Below, piece by piece: positions 10,182-19,993 of a stretch of DNA of 64,000 nt. Position numbers and translations under genes: made by a program. Below the pieces are notes generated by a model. That model saw only the letters and a list, made by a program, of their open reading frames with translations, had not been told where the DNA came from and made no database searches. Each line of letters starts with the position of its first letter. The stretch's first letter is position 1. Source of the stretch: Gemmatimonadota bacterium (GTDB taxonomy: Bacteria; Gemmatimonadota; Gemmatimonadetes; Gemmatimonadales; GWC2-71-9). Location of the stretch: assembly GCA_039589275.1 (NCBI GenBank), contig JBDHHP010000004.1, positions 11,377 through 75,376 of the forward strand, given 5' to 3'.

Positions 10182-12398
10182 CTAGCGTCTAAATGACGGC
10201 GCGAACAGCTGCTCCGACGGTCCCACACGTGGTACCTCGGTAGGAGTCCCACCTTCAACGAGCGGCATGAGGTACATGCGGCTTTCTAGGCCCTGAGGTC
10301 CCTCGGCCGACACGATAGCGGCAAGGAGACCACCCGACACCGCGAAGTCGGTGACAAACAGATCCGGCGGCGAAAGCTCTACTACCGCTCGTGAGAAGCT
10401 CATCTGTGCAACCACGCGCCGTCGGTCCCGACGGCGACCAGTCTCAGCAATGTACGCGATCGCCGAGTCTCCGACCCAAGCTGGCAGGGTCTCGCTACCT
10501 TCCATCGCGGTGAAATTGCGTTGGTCTGAGCCGTCCAGATTCATCAAGTAGATGTCGTATCCGCCGTCCCGCGACGAGGTAAACGCCACCGTGCCCCCGT
10601 CCGGGGACACAGCCGGCTGCATACTGAACGAATCTCCGTCGGTGAGTTGCCTCGGGTTAGATCCGTCGGCGTTCACGATCCAGAGCTGCACGGCGCCGCT
10701 TGCGTCGGATTCATAGACGAGTTGCTGGCCATCCGGCGTCCAGTCTGGTGAACCCTCCAATGACAAGGTGGTCGTGATCTGCCGGTGATCAGACCCATCC
10801 GCATTCATCACGTACAAGTCCAGATTGCCGCCCTGATCAGAGACGAATGCGATCCGAGTCCCATCAGGTGAGAAAACGGCGTTTCCCTGATTGCCGGCCT
10901 GGTCGGTGACTCTGTAGAAGTTGCTCGCATCGTCGGGGTCGAAGGAGTAGACGTCCGCCTGACCATCTCGTGTGGAGGTAACCAGAATTCGGCCGTGTAC
11001 GTAGACCGTGGCTGTGTCTACCACGCCCCAAGGCGTGGCCACCGCCACTTGCGCCATACCGAAGCCGGCCGGTTGTAGGGTCCCGTTCTCGTCCACCACA
11101 ACAACCGTGGGGGCCGAGGACGTCCATGTCAGGCCAGTGGCGGCACTCACCGGCGCGCCCGTCTCATCGGTGAAAAGGGCCTCTAGACTGACGCGATCGC
11201 TTCGACCTAGGGTAACCGCACTAGGCCGGATCACGAGACCACCTGCGATCACATTGATCGACCATGCGGCTTCCAGCCCCTCCCCTGGCGCCCGGACCTT
11301 CAGTTCGGTCTCACCAAGCGCATTCCCTCTTAAAGCGCCCGTCACGGCGTCAAATGCGGCTATTGATGTGTCGGGCTGCACCCACGTCAATGGCGCTTCC
11401 GGAACGGGCGTCTCGTCTTCCGCCAGAGCCGTCGCAGTAAACTTGATGGACCCGCCGAGGGGAACAGCAACCGGCCCATCACTGACCGGGGGAGTGACCT
11501 CCAAGATCTCCACAGGCCGATGTACAGTCACCCTTACACGCCCCTCCTGGCCGAAGCCCGTAGCCACGATTTCCGCGTCGCCGCCGGTCACTCCAGTAAC
11601 CACGCCAATCGGGGATATCCTAGCTACCGCATCGTTGGTGGATCGCCATATGAGCCTTCGTGAGGACACTGGGCGGTTGTTTTGATCCGGAACAACGACC
11701 TCTACGGTGTCGGACTGTCCCGGTGACACCGCTAGAATCTCCGACCGGAATCCGAACGGCGCTTGAGCCACCTGCACCGTCACGCGGGCCAGCAGCCCGC
11801 TGGCAGCCGCGGCCTCCAACACGCCTTGCCCGACTGACACGCCGACCACCACGCCGTCACGTGTTATCGTAGCGATATCCGGCCTGAGAGAACGCCAGGT
11901 GATAGCGATCGGTGCGGCCAGCGTGCCGTCGTCCTTGAGAAACCTGGCCTGGAGTTGGACATCCTCGGACGGAAGCAAGAAAACCGAGCCGGGCTCTATC
12001 TGAAGTACCGATGCCACACCAGTACCGCCGGGTTGCCCCATAGCACCTGCCGACTTCACCTGCACCGCTGCAGAGGCCCTTCGATTGCCGACTCGCGCTT
12101 CGATGTTCGCTACCCCTGGGGCGATTCCGATGAGAACGGCGATGCCCGGCATGCTGGGATCGTCCTCGACCCGGACTATCGCAGGACTGCTGGAGACCCA
12201 GACGAAGCTGGCGCTCGCGATGTTGTCTCCTCTGGCGTCGTAGGCGGAGGCCAGAAGCTCCTTGCGCTCTCCAACCCCAAGAGTGACCGTCATCGGCGCA
12301 ACCTGAACCTCGGCAACCTGCTGGCCCGCCGATCGTTCCGGCATGAGGAATGACAGGACTACGAGCGTCAGCGAGATCGAGGATCGAACCGGGCACAT
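10182..12398 (-). CDS. Secreted multi-Big_2 (bacterial Ig-like) protein with C-terminal TolB-like PD40 beta-propeller
   Basis: The track ORF is 10182..12467. The internal ATG at 12398 gives signal peptide MCPVRSSISLTLVVLSFLMPERSAGQ. Ig-like segments repeat, followed by PD40 repeats (FSPDGTRIAFVSDQGGNLDLYVMNADGSDHRQIT; SPDGGTVAFTSSRDGGYDIYLMNLDGS). Confidence 0.85.
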   Translation of the reverse strand: MCPVRSSISLTLVVLSFLMPERSAGQQVAEVQVAPMTVTLGVGERKELLASAYDARGDNIASASFVWVSSSPAIVRVEDDPSMPGIAVLIGIAPGVANIEARVGNRRASAAVQVKSAGAMGQPGGTGVASVLQIEPGSVFLLPSEDVQLQARFLKDDGTLAAPIAITWRSLRPDIATITRDGVVVGVSVGQGVLEAAAASGLLARVTVQVAQAPFGFRSEILAVSPGQSDTVEVVVPDQNNRPVSSRRLIWRSTNDAVARISPIGVVTGVTGGDAEIVATGFGQEGRVRVTVHRPVEILEVTPPVSDGPVAVPLGGSIKFTATALAEDETPVPEAPLTWVQPDTSIAAFDAVTGALRGNALGETELKVRAPGEGLEAAWSINVIAGGLVIRPSAVTLGRSDRVSLEALFTDETGAPVSAATGLTWTSSAPTVVVVDENGTLQPAGFGMAQVAVATPWGVVDTATVYVHGRILVTSTRDGQADVYSFDPDDASNFYRVTDQAGNQGNAVFSPDGTRIAFVSDQGGNLDLYVMNADGSDHRQITTTLSLEGSPDWTPDGQQLVYESDASGAVQLWIVNADGSNPRQLTDGDSFSMQPAVSPDGGTVAFTSSRDGGYDIYLMNLDGSDQRNFTAMEGSETLPAWVGDSAIAYIAETGRRRDRRRVVAQMSFSRAVVELSPPDLFVTDFAVSGGLLAAIVSAEGPQGLESRMYLMPLVEGGTPTEVPRVGPSEQLFAPSFRR

Positions 12399-12626
12399 GG
12401 CACTGAACCGTGTGAAATGGCGTAACTGACTGCAAACACTAAACATATGTGTCGCTACGTTAGGCAAAACTGGGTGTCTCTGTCAAGGCAAAACCTCACT
12501 TAGCGGGCTTGACATCCAAACGGAGGTCCGCAGCCCTTCAATTTAGGCCTCATACTCTTGCGAATGGGACTTCAACCAGTCAAATCTTAATCCTACGTTG
12601 TGAACGATCGACCGAGGGAGAACCTG

Positions 12627-13130
12627 ATGCTTAGCAACCTCGAACCCAGTGGACCCAGCTTCGGCGGGCCGGGCATGTGGGACCCGATGCCCCTTTCGCC
12701 TCTGTCGCGCCCAGGCTCCAGACAGCAGAAGGTCGAGCCAGAGCGAGCGCACCTCATCTGGTCTGAAACTGAGACCAGTACCGAATCGCCACCGGACAAG
12801 AAGAAGGCCGGGGCGAGTGGACGCCGCAATGCGGCGAAGAAGACCTCCAGGAAGCGGGCTGCCGGCAAGAAGAAGGCGACAAAGAAAAAGAAGCCTCTGA
12901 AGAAGGCAAAGAAGGCAGTCAAGAAGAAGAAAGCCGTAAAAAGAAAAGCCGCCAAGAGGAAGGCTGTGAAGAAGAAGGCCAAAAAGAAGGCGATCAAGAA
13001 AAAGACGGCGAAGAAACGTGTTACCAAGAAGAAGGCCGCAAAACATGGCGCGAAGAGGACGGGATTCAAGAAGAGCGTCAAGAAACGCCCTACCCGTAGG
13101 ACTGCGGGGCGGAAGAAGCGTTCCCGCTGA
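12627..13130 (+). CDS. Lysine/alanine-rich histone H1-like (Hc1/AlgP-like) basic protein
   Basis: ATG at 12627 follows GAGGGAG by 7 nt (the track ORF starts at GTG 12600). The C-terminal roughly 110 aa are almost entirely K/A/R/T repeats (KKKATKKKKPLKKAKKAVKKKKAVKRKAAKRKAVKKKAKKKAIKKK). Confidence 0.7.
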   Translation: MLSNLEPSGPSFGGPGMWDPMPLSPLSRPGSRQQKVEPERAHLIWSETETSTESPPDKKKAGASGRRNAAKKTSRKRAAGKKKATKKKKPLKKAKKAVKKKKAVKRKAAKRKAVKKKAKKKAIKKKTAKKRVTKKKAAKHGAKRTGFKKSVKKRPTRRTAGRKKRSR

Positions 13131-13147
13131 TCCCCAGCTGATTGTCA

Positions 13148-13187
13148 GACAGCCGGGTCACACCGAGGTTGGTAAGACCCGGCTGTC
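13148..13187 (+). terminator. Perfect 12-bp stem hairpin downstream of the H1-like gene
   Basis: GACAGCCGGGTC (13148-13159) is the exact reverse complement of GACCCGGCTGTC (13176-13187), with a 16-nt loop. There is no clear U-tract. Confidence 0.4.
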
Positions 13188-13215
13188 ACCATCGCCCAAT
13201 CAAAAGGTCGTCTGG

Positions 13216-14571
13216 ATGTTCAGAAGCGATATAGCAGCAGCAGTCGCGTTGTCGGTTTCCCTAGCCTTCGCGGCCTGCGGAGGAGATGAACCCACCACCG
13301 CCTACGTTGGGGCAACCGTCTTTGACGGTTCGGGGGCCCCTCCGATCCTGGACGCGAACATCGTCGTCGTGGGCGGACATATCGAACAAGTGGGCCCGCC
13401 TGATCTGGTCAAGGTACCTCGAGGAGCGACGAGAATTCGCGTAGATGGCAAGTGGGTAATCCCGGGCCTAATCGATTCGCACGTCCACGTCGCCCGATGG
13501 ACGCTGCCCCGCTACCTAGCTTATGGAGTCACGTCGGTGCGAAGTATGGGAGGTTATGCCGACACGGTGGCAGCCCTACGCGATTCGGTCCAATTGGGCT
13601 CGCTGTTGGGTCCGCGGATATATGCTTCTGGGCCAATGATCGATGGCGCTCCAGCTACCTGGCCCAGCGCCACTCCTGCGACGGACGCAACAGCGGGGAG
13701 ACGGGCCGTCGATCAACGAGTTCTGAGCGAGTTCAGCCACGTCAAGGTGTACTCGAAACTGGACCGGCGACTACTGGCAGCCGTAATCGATGAGGCAAAG
13801 GCCTTCGAGCTTCCCGTCGCGGCTCATCTCGGAAAGGTCGATGCGGTAACCGCTGCCCGTATGGGGGTTTCCTCCATAGAGCACTTGAGCGGCGTGGTCG
13901 AGGCAACGCTGCGGAATCCAGCCGCCCTGCTGGCGAGCCACGACGACTTCTTCCGTGGCTGGAAGGCATTCGAGCGCGCTTGGACGAGGCTGGACTCCGC
14001 CAGACTGGAGCAGACTGCCATCGAGTTGGTGGACGCGGGTGCGGCGATTGTGCCTACCCTTGCCCTTCATGAGGTGTTCGGACACTTGGCAGACCAGGAT
14101 TTCATCTCCGAGCTCGACCTGTCGGGAGTACCACAGGCCGTTCGGGATGAGTGGGACGTACCCGACCTGATCCGGCGTGCCCGACTCGCGACCTCGGATT
14201 TCAGGGCGTTCCGACGCGCGCGGCCGGTGCAAGACCTCTTCGTCCGACGCTTCCGGGCGGCAGAAGGGCTGGTTGTCGCCGGATCTGACAGCCCCAATCA
14301 GCTCTTGGCGCCGGGGGCGAGTTTGCACCGTGAGCTGGAGCTTCTGGTTCAAGCTGGTCTCTCAACTGAAGAGGCTCTCCTGGCAGCGACGCGGGATGCG
14401 GCGCGATTGATCCGGGTTGATTCGGTCGGCTCCATCTTGCCCGGACAGGTCGCTGACTTCGTGGTGCTCATGGACAGCCCGCTGGATGACATCACCCACA
14501 TCCGTCTGATCGAACGAGTGGTCTATCGCGGGACCAGCTATCACCCAGATCACTTCAAGTCCGAGTGGTGA
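13216..14571 (+). CDS. Metal-dependent amidohydrolase-family lipoprotein
   Basis: The internal ATG at 13216 gives lipoprotein signal MFRSDIAAAVALSVSLAFAAC. An HxH motif (GLIDSHVHV) is present. The track ORF start at 13018 overlaps the upstream gene. Confidence 0.85.
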   Translation: MFRSDIAAAVALSVSLAFAACGGDEPTTAYVGATVFDGSGAPPILDANIVVVGGHIEQVGPPDLVKVPRGATRIRVDGKWVIPGLIDSHVHVARWTLPRYLAYGVTSVRSMGGYADTVAALRDSVQLGSLLGPRIYASGPMIDGAPATWPSATPATDATAGRRAVDQRVLSEFSHVKVYSKLDRRLLAAVIDEAKAFELPVAAHLGKVDAVTAARMGVSSIEHLSGVVEATLRNPAALLASHDDFFRGWKAFERAWTRLDSARLEQTAIELVDAGAAIVPTLALHEVFGHLADQDFISELDLSGVPQAVRDEWDVPDLIRRARLATSDFRAFRRARPVQDLFVRRFRAAEGLVVAGSDSPNQLLAPGASLHRELELLVQAGLSTEEALLAATRDAARLIRVDSVGSILPGQVADFVVLMDSPLDDITHIRLIERVVYRGTSYHPDHFKSEW

Positions 14572-14657
14572 CGGAGTAGTTTGCTGGAACCAATGCGGTC
14601 CGACAGCGTTGTGACTCGGCCCACAGAGGGTTCCACCCACTGAGGAGGTAACGACCG

Positions 14658-15263
14658 TTGCCGGATTCCCATCGTTTGATCGCGGTTGTACATGCAGATG
14701 AGAGTTGTCTGGGAAACGGTCGGGATGGGCAGAATCCGGGCGGTGCCGGCTCTCTCGTAGAAATGCAGATCGGAGGCAGAATACACCGCACGGACATCCA
14801 CATCTCGAGTCCCGACACCACGAACAACCGGATGGCGCTGTCTGGCGCGATCGCCACTCTCGCGCTACTACGCGAGGAGTACGGCCAGTTGGCTGTGGTG
14901 TTGGTTTCTGATTCCCAGTACCTGGTAAAGGGCATGAATGAGTGGATGCCCCACTGGCGCGCCCGCGGGTGGAAGAGGAAGAAGGGAGCGGTTGAGAACG
15001 TGGAACTCTGGAAACAGCTTGAGAGATTGAGTAAGCGATTCGACCCGGAACCCATTTGGCGATGGGTTCGCGGACACGACGGCCATCCGAAGAACGAGTA
15101 CGCTAACGACCTGGCAATGAAGGCAGCCAAAGAGCAAGCTCTCTCCGAGGGAGCCGTTGAGTCGCTGTTTGACGATTGGCTCGCCCAAAAGAAGGCAAAG
15201 GGTGAGTTTGCCGACTACGACCCCGATCAGCACTTGATGGAACTCGCATCTCTGGTGCATTGA
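14658..15263 (+). CDS. rnhA: Ribonuclease HI
   Basis: TTG start after GAGGAGG. RNase H DEDD-type residues are present (ADESCLGNG; TNNRMAL; VSDSQYLV; GHDGHPKNEYANDLA). It has a roughly 45-aa C-terminal extension. Confidence 0.85.
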   Translation: MPDSHRLIAVVHADESCLGNGRDGQNPGGAGSLVEMQIGGRIHRTDIHISSPDTTNNRMALSGAIATLALLREEYGQLAVVLVSDSQYLVKGMNEWMPHWRARGWKRKKGAVENVELWKQLERLSKRFDPEPIWRWVRGHDGHPKNEYANDLAMKAAKEQALSEGAVESLFDDWLAQKKAKGEFADYDPDQHLMELASLVH

Positions 15264-15267
15264 GGCG

Positions 15268-15768
15268 ATGACGGTCTACAAGGACGGAATCGAAAGGAAC
15301 ACGCACCCGCTGAACCTGCTTCCCGATGGCGCGCAGACGCAGGTCAGCCGCATACCGCTGTACGAGGTATACATGCGCATGGCTGAAGAGTTGGCAAAGC
15401 GCTCAACGTGCGCTCGACTGCAGGTCGGAACAGTCGTGACAGACACGTCGCTGCAGAACGTGGTGGCCATCGGATACAATGGGAACGCCAGAGGATTCCC
15501 GAATCGCTGTGATTCTACTGTGCCGGGTGTGTGCGGTTGCATCCACTCCGAGATGAATGCACTAGTCAAGGCGCCCGGTGGGATGCAAGACAAGGTCGTG
15601 TTTGTAACCGATAGCCCCTGCGTCATGTGCGCCAAGCTGATGGTCAATTCCGGCACGAGTCATGTCTTCTACCGTCGCCCATATCGTGATCCGACTGGCT
15701 TGGAAGTTCTACAGACCGCCGGAGTAACCGTGGTGAAGTACGATCGTTGGGCGGACGAGTGGAGGTAG
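15268..15768 (+). CDS. Deoxycytidylate (dCMP) deaminase, ComEB-like
   Basis: 166 aa with the CDA zinc motifs HSEMNAL and PCVMCAKL. Confidence 0.85.
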   Translation: MTVYKDGIERNTHPLNLLPDGAQTQVSRIPLYEVYMRMAEELAKRSTCARLQVGTVVTDTSLQNVVAIGYNGNARGFPNRCDSTVPGVCGCIHSEMNALVKAPGGMQDKVVFVTDSPCVMCAKLMVNSGTSHVFYRRPYRDPTGLEVLQTAGVTVVKYDRWADEWR

Positions 15769-16478
15769 AGAAGCCCAAGGAACTCGATCCCATGGACGAT
15801 CTCGAGCGACTGGTTCGCGAATTAGCGAACATCATCGGTGCGGAAGATTCCGCGAGGTTCCGGACTCCATTTCAGATCTCCGAATTGTACCAGAGCATCC
15901 TGCCGTACCGCAGCCATCGGAAACGCCTGGGGTTCGATTCGAGCGACGACTACGACATGGCCGTGCTGCGCCTATTGGCAGGGGAAGGTGGCTTTGCAGC
16001 TGTGGAACCAGCCGAGGTCCAAAAGCAGCTCGCCCTCGAAGCAGAGGCAGTCAACCCCACTCCGGGCCTATACCGCGAGTTCGCGGCTGCGCGAGTGACA
16101 CTCAACGGCAGCGTCCTGGGACTGGTCAGGAACGCAGCGGACGCATACGCCCCGCCTATTAGTGCTTCAGAACAAGAGGTCATCGACGAAACCGGTTTCG
16201 GAACGCCAATGCACACACTGGGCGCCGAACCGAAGCGGCCTGTCTTCGAGGCAGTAGTGGGCGGTGAAAGTCCCGGTGCAGCAACTGAGCCGATTGGACT
16301 ACTCGACTCTTGCGGCCACTGTTCTCGGCCCTTGCCGGGGCATCGCGAGATCGTTTTTTGCCCGTTCTGTGGCACACGGTTGACGGCCGCACTGTGTCGT
16401 CGCTGTGGCAGCGAGATCGAGCAGGGCTGGCGCTTCTGCGTCAGCTGCGGCACTGACGCGATCGACGTGGAGGCATGA
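15747..16478 (+). CDS. Hypothetical protein with C-terminal double zinc-ribbon
   Basis: 243 aa. The C-terminus has CGHC..CPFCG..CRRCG..CVSCG. The start is ambiguous (TTG 15747, GTG 15759 or ATG 15792). Its stop overlaps the SPFH gene start (ATGA). Confidence 0.6.
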   Translation: MGGRVEVEKPKELDPMDDLERLVRELANIIGAEDSARFRTPFQISELYQSILPYRSHRKRLGFDSSDDYDMAVLRLLAGEGGFAAVEPAEVQKQLALEAEAVNPTPGLYREFAAARVTLNGSVLGLVRNAADAYAPPISASEQEVIDETGFGTPMHTLGAEPKRPVFEAVVGGESPGAATEPIGLLDSCGHCSRPLPGHREIVFCPFCGTRLTAALCRRCGSEIEQGWRFCVSCGTDAIDVEA

Positions 16479-17317
16479 TAATGGAAATCTTGCTAGGAAG
16501 TCTGGCCGTAGTTGTCGCCTATCTGTTCGGCAGCCTCCGCATCCTCAAACAGTACGAGCGGGGCGTGACGTTTCTACTTGGCAAGTTCTGGGCTACCAAG
16601 GGCCCAGGCCTTGTCTTCGTGCCGGCAGGCGTCGCCAAGATGCGCAGAATCTCACTGCGCATTATTGCCATGGACATCAAACCGCAGGACGTGATCACCA
16701 GAGATAACGTCTCAATCAAGGTCAATGCGGTTCTATACATGCGCGTCAAGGACCCTCAGATGGCGGTGATCGAGATCGAGGACTACCTGTTCGCGACGAG
16801 CCAGTTGGCGCAGACCACACTGCGAAGCGTGTTGGGCCAAGCGGAATTGGACGAGTTGCTCGCGGATCGCCACAAGATCAACTCCATCTTGAAAGAGATC
16901 GTGGACGAGCGCACTGAGCCTTGGGGAATCGAGGTCTCCGCTGTCGAGGTAAAGGACGTCGATCTTCCGGTCGAGATGAAGCGTGCTATGGCACGGCAGG
17001 CAGAGGCCGAGCGTGAGCGGCGGGCCAAGATCATCGCTGCCCAGGGAGAGTTTCAGGCGGCTGGAAAACTCCAGGAGGCTGCAACCATCATTGGCCAAGA
17101 GCCGTCAGCGATGATGCTCCGTATGCTCCAAACGGTGGTGGAGATATCGAGCGAGACTACCTCAACCGTTATTCTGCCGTTGCCCATCGACCTAATCAAA
17201 CCGTTTACCGACTTAGCAAAGAAGATCACGGGGGCCGCTGCACAGCAGCTTCCTGAGTCGACCGGCACGCCGTTGCCCGCCCGAGAACCCGCGGAGCGCA
17301 AGAAGACGGCACCATGA
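16475..17317 (+). CDS. SPFH/Band-7 (stomatin/slipin-like) membrane protein
   Basis: 280 aa with an N-terminal TM followed by an SPFH domain ([28 protein letters not shown]...[18 protein letters not shown]...[15 protein letters not shown]) and an Ala/Glu coiled coil. Confidence 0.9.
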   Translation: MIMEILLGSLAVVVAYLFGSLRILKQYERGVTFLLGKFWATKGPGLVFVPAGVAKMRRISLRIIAMDIKPQDVITRDNVSIKVNAVLYMRVKDPQMAVIEIEDYLFATSQLAQTTLRSVLGQAELDELLADRHKINSILKEIVDERTEPWGIEVSAVEVKDVDLPVEMKRAMARQAEAERERRAKIIAAQGEFQAAGKLQEAATIIGQEPSAMMLRMLQTVVEISSETTSTVILPLPIDLIKPFTDLAKKITGAAAQQLPESTGTPLPAREPAERKKTAP

Positions 17318-18138
17318 ACGATCTCGTACCTGCAGATCGCCGCATAGATCGTCCCGCGTTGCAACGCATCATCCAGCGCGCAGCGGAATTGCAGACTGCC
17401 GACCGTGACGTAGGAGAGAGCCTCACGGAAGAAGAACTACTACTCCTGGGTGAAGAGGTGGGTATCCTGCCCGTGCACCTGCGCCGGGCGCTGCAAGAGG
17501 AGCGGACGCGAGCCCTTGTTGCCTCCGACCGCGGCGTGTTCAATCGACTGGTGGGGCCACGGTTTGTGGCCGCAGAGCGCGTGATTGCAGGGACCACGGA
17601 CGGAATCGAAGCAGCACTCAAGCACTGGATGACCGAGGGGGAGCTTCTGCAGATCAAGCGGCGCTTTCCGGACAGGATGTCGTGGGAACGCAAAGAAGGA
17701 GCTTGGGCTTCTCTCAGACGCTCGTTCGGGGCCGGAGGTCGCAAGTACGTTCTCTCACGTGCCCGAGAAGTAGTGACGCGAGTGGTCGATATGGAAGGGC
17801 GCAAGTGCCTCGTGCAACTAGTTGCTGACCTCGCCAATACACGCAACGAGCATCTGGTAGGAAGTGGCGCGACCATCGGTGCAGGGGCGTTGACCACGGG
17901 CGTGGCACTTGTTCTAGGTGTGATGACGCCAATCGCGGTGATCCCAGCGCTCCTGAGCGCACCGATCGCCGTCGCGATCGTACGTTCCCGTCGTAAGCAG
18001 ACAGAAGACTTCCAGGTAGCCTTGGAACAGATCCTCGACCGCCTACAGCACGGAGACCCCGAGCCGCAGCCGGCAAAGAGAATCACGGGCGCGGGGGTGG
18101 TTGACAGAATAGCCGAGGAGATTCGCAAGAACCTGTAA
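17314..18138 (+). CDS. Hypothetical membrane protein (two C-terminal TM helices)
   Basis: 274 aa. The ATGA overlaps the SPFH stop. Hydrophobic segment [42 protein letters not shown] recognise no family. Confidence 0.6.
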   Translation: MNDLVPADRRIDRPALQRIIQRAAELQTADRDVGESLTEEELLLLGEEVGILPVHLRRALQEERTRALVASDRGVFNRLVGPRFVAAERVIAGTTDGIEAALKHWMTEGELLQIKRRFPDRMSWERKEGAWASLRRSFGAGGRKYVLSRAREVVTRVVDMEGRKCLVQLVADLANTRNEHLVGSGATIGAGALTTGVALVLGVMTPIAVIPALLSAPIAVAIVRSRRKQTEDFQVALEQILDRLQHGDPEPQPAKRITGAGVVDRIAEEIRKNL

Positions 18139-18188
18139 ACGACTGCCCGAGAAACAAGCGAATCCCCGGCCGTCGCACAAGTAATCAA

Positions 18189-18740
18189 ATGACAGTGATT
18201 GCGACTCGCCTAATCATTGGTATCACCGCGGTAAGCCGGGGCACTCTGCCATTCGCTCAGATTGCCGGCAGCTGCCTTGCACTGGCGGTTTGCGTAACTG
18301 GATTGTCCGTAGGATGCGGCGCTGGTGGGGTTCGTCCGCGGTTTACTCCGTTCACCGAGTCCCTGCGTGATACGGTGGCAGCCTCGCCTGATTCGGTTGT
18401 CTTGATCGCCGCCGAGATTCTGGAAGCCGAAGGAATCGCTGTACATCACGTGAGGCGGCGTGAAGGCTACCTGGAAACACACTGGTTTGACGCAGCTACT
18501 ACCCAACGTGCTAGTGCTGAGAGCGTGCGCACTGAGTCTCTCACCATCATACGCTTGTGGGCAGACGCCGTTACGGAACGCCAAACGCTCGTGGTGGCCG
18601 AGGCCGCCCGACCGCTCTTCGTCGATCCATCCTTGCCCACTAGGGAGAAAGAAGTCGCCGTCTCCGAAGATCACCCCGGACACGCTTTCCTACAGCGAGT
18701 GTTTGAACAAGTAACGGCATCTCCGGCCCAGCGCCCGTGA
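18189..18740 (+). CDS. Hypothetical lipoprotein
   Basis: 183 aa with a hydrophobic N-terminus and candidate lipobox LSVGC. Its stop overlaps the next gene start (GTGA). Confidence 0.5.
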   Translation: MTVIATRLIIGITAVSRGTLPFAQIAGSCLALAVCVTGLSVGCGAGGVRPRFTPFTESLRDTVAASPDSVVLIAAEILEAEGIAVHHVRRREGYLETHWFDAATTQRASAESVRTESLTIIRLWADAVTERQTLVVAEAARPLFVDPSLPTREKEVAVSEDHPGHAFLQRVFEQVTASPAQRP

Positions 18741-19993
18741 CGCAGCTGCCTATTCACAGTGTGGCCATCGGCCGCAGGATGACCTCTGAGGATGACCTCT
18801 TATGGGACGTGTTGATCGTGGGGGCCGGACCAGCTGGAGCAACCGCCGCGTACCATCTCACGTCGGCGGGGTTCTCGGTGCTGTTGTTGGACAAGAAAGA
18901 GTTTCCCCGCGAAAAGGTTTGTGGTGACGCGCTGATTCCGGACACCCTGCACGGCTTACGAGCAATGGGCCTGTATGAAGCAGTTCGTGAACTCGGATTC
19001 TGTGTCGACCGACTCACCATCATGAGCCCTTCCGGAATCCGCGTCGAGTTGCCCGCTGAGTGTGTTACTCTCAGACGCGAGGTTCTCGATCGACTCATGG
19101 TACAGCAAGCCGTCGCGAGCGGCTCGGTCTTTCGAACGGAGAGAGTGACCGGGTTGCGCGAAGCAACTGGCGCCGTGCACGCTAAATTGGCCGACTCACA
19201 GCTGGAACCACGTGCACGTATCGTTGTGCTTGCCACTGGGGCAGACGTTGCATTGCTCGACAAGCTAGACATGGTCATGCGCCGGCGACCTAGTGCAGTG
19301 GCTCTCCGTTGCTACATGTGGTCGCCGGTGGAGATTGAGGAGCTGATAGTATCCTATGAGCGCAGAATCGCACCAGGTTACGCCTGGATCTTCCCTCTGG
19401 GGTGCAACCAGTACAACGTTGGCTGTGGCGTATTCCTGAGCGCACGGGACAGCCAGAAGGTGAACCTGAGGACCGTGTTCGAACGTTTCACAAAGGAGAC
19501 CACCGTCGCACGACGCTTGCTGCAGAAGAGCCAGACCATAACACCCCTCAAGGGAGCCAGAATCAGAGCCGGTCTGGACGGGTCGGTAATGGGTGTAAAG
19601 GGCAGAGTCGTGCCAATCGGTGAGACGATTGGAGCGACTTATCCCTTCACCGGCGAGGGTATTGGCAAGGCGATGGAGACGGCGGCCGTCGCAGCCGAGC
19701 ACATAGCGAGCGCTCTCGAGACAGATGATATGGAACCGGTGAAACAGCTAGCGGGAGAAATCGAGCGACGGCTCGCCCCCAAGTACCGTGGATATCACGT
19801 GGCTCAGCGTTGGCTTGCACACCCCTGGTTGAGCGATTTGATGGCGTCGCGGATGCGGACTGATAGATCCTTGCGCGACAAAGCAGCCGGCATACTGAAC
19901 GAAACCGTGGACCCTAAGACTCTGTTCACCTGGCGCAGCTTGGTCCCGAACTGGCGCACAACCACCTCGCGTCTCACGCGGTGGCGTACGTGA
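18737..19993 (+). CDS. Geranylgeranyl-reductase-family FAD-dependent oxidoreductase
   Basis: 418 aa. Dinucleotide fold DVLIVGAGPAGATAAYHLTSAGFSVLLLDKKEFPREKVCGDAL is typical of the GGR/ChlP family. Confidence 0.85.
   Translation: MTQLPIHSVAIGRRMTSEDDLLWDVLIVGAGPAGATAAYHLTSAGFSVLLLDKKEFPREKVCGDALIPDTLHGLRAMGLYEAVRELGFCVDRLTIMSPSGIRVELPAECVTLRREVLDRLMVQQAVASGSVFRTERVTGLREATGAVHAKLADSQLEPRARIVVLATGADVALLDKLDMVMRRRPSAVALRCYMWSPVEIEELIVSYERRIAPGYAWIFPLGCNQYNVGCGVFLSARDSQKVNLRTVFERFTKETTVARRLLQKSQTITPLKGARIRAGLDGSVMGVKGRVVPIGETIGATYPFTGEGIGKAMETAAVAAEHIASALETDDMEPVKQLAGEIERRLAPKYRGYHVAQRWLAHPWLSDLMASRMRTDRSLRDKAAGILNETVDPKTLFTWRSLVPNWRTTTSRLTRWRT

Noticed and set aside
12543-13081. Two minus-strand ORFs (167 and 162 aa) rich in Phe/Leu
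   Set aside because: They are simply the antisense reading of the AAG/AAA-rich lysine tract (TTC/CTT codons). The plus-strand gene has an RBS and a coherent N-terminal domain.
14658-15768. RNase HI plus dCMP deaminase as a possible nucleotide-depletion or nucleic-acid-targeting defence pair
   Set aside because: Both are standard-length housekeeping enzymes with canonical motifs. Neither has the extra kinase, sensor or effector domains seen in defensive deaminases, and both are embedded in a core-gene run that includes thyA and folA.
17226-18188. 320-aa minus-strand ORF covering the whole 17314-18138 gene
   Set aside because: It has the Ser/Arg/Ala/Pro/Thr-rich low-complexity composition typical of antisense frames in high-GC DNA. 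The plus-strand ORF is translationally coupled to the SPFH gene and has sensible TM helices.
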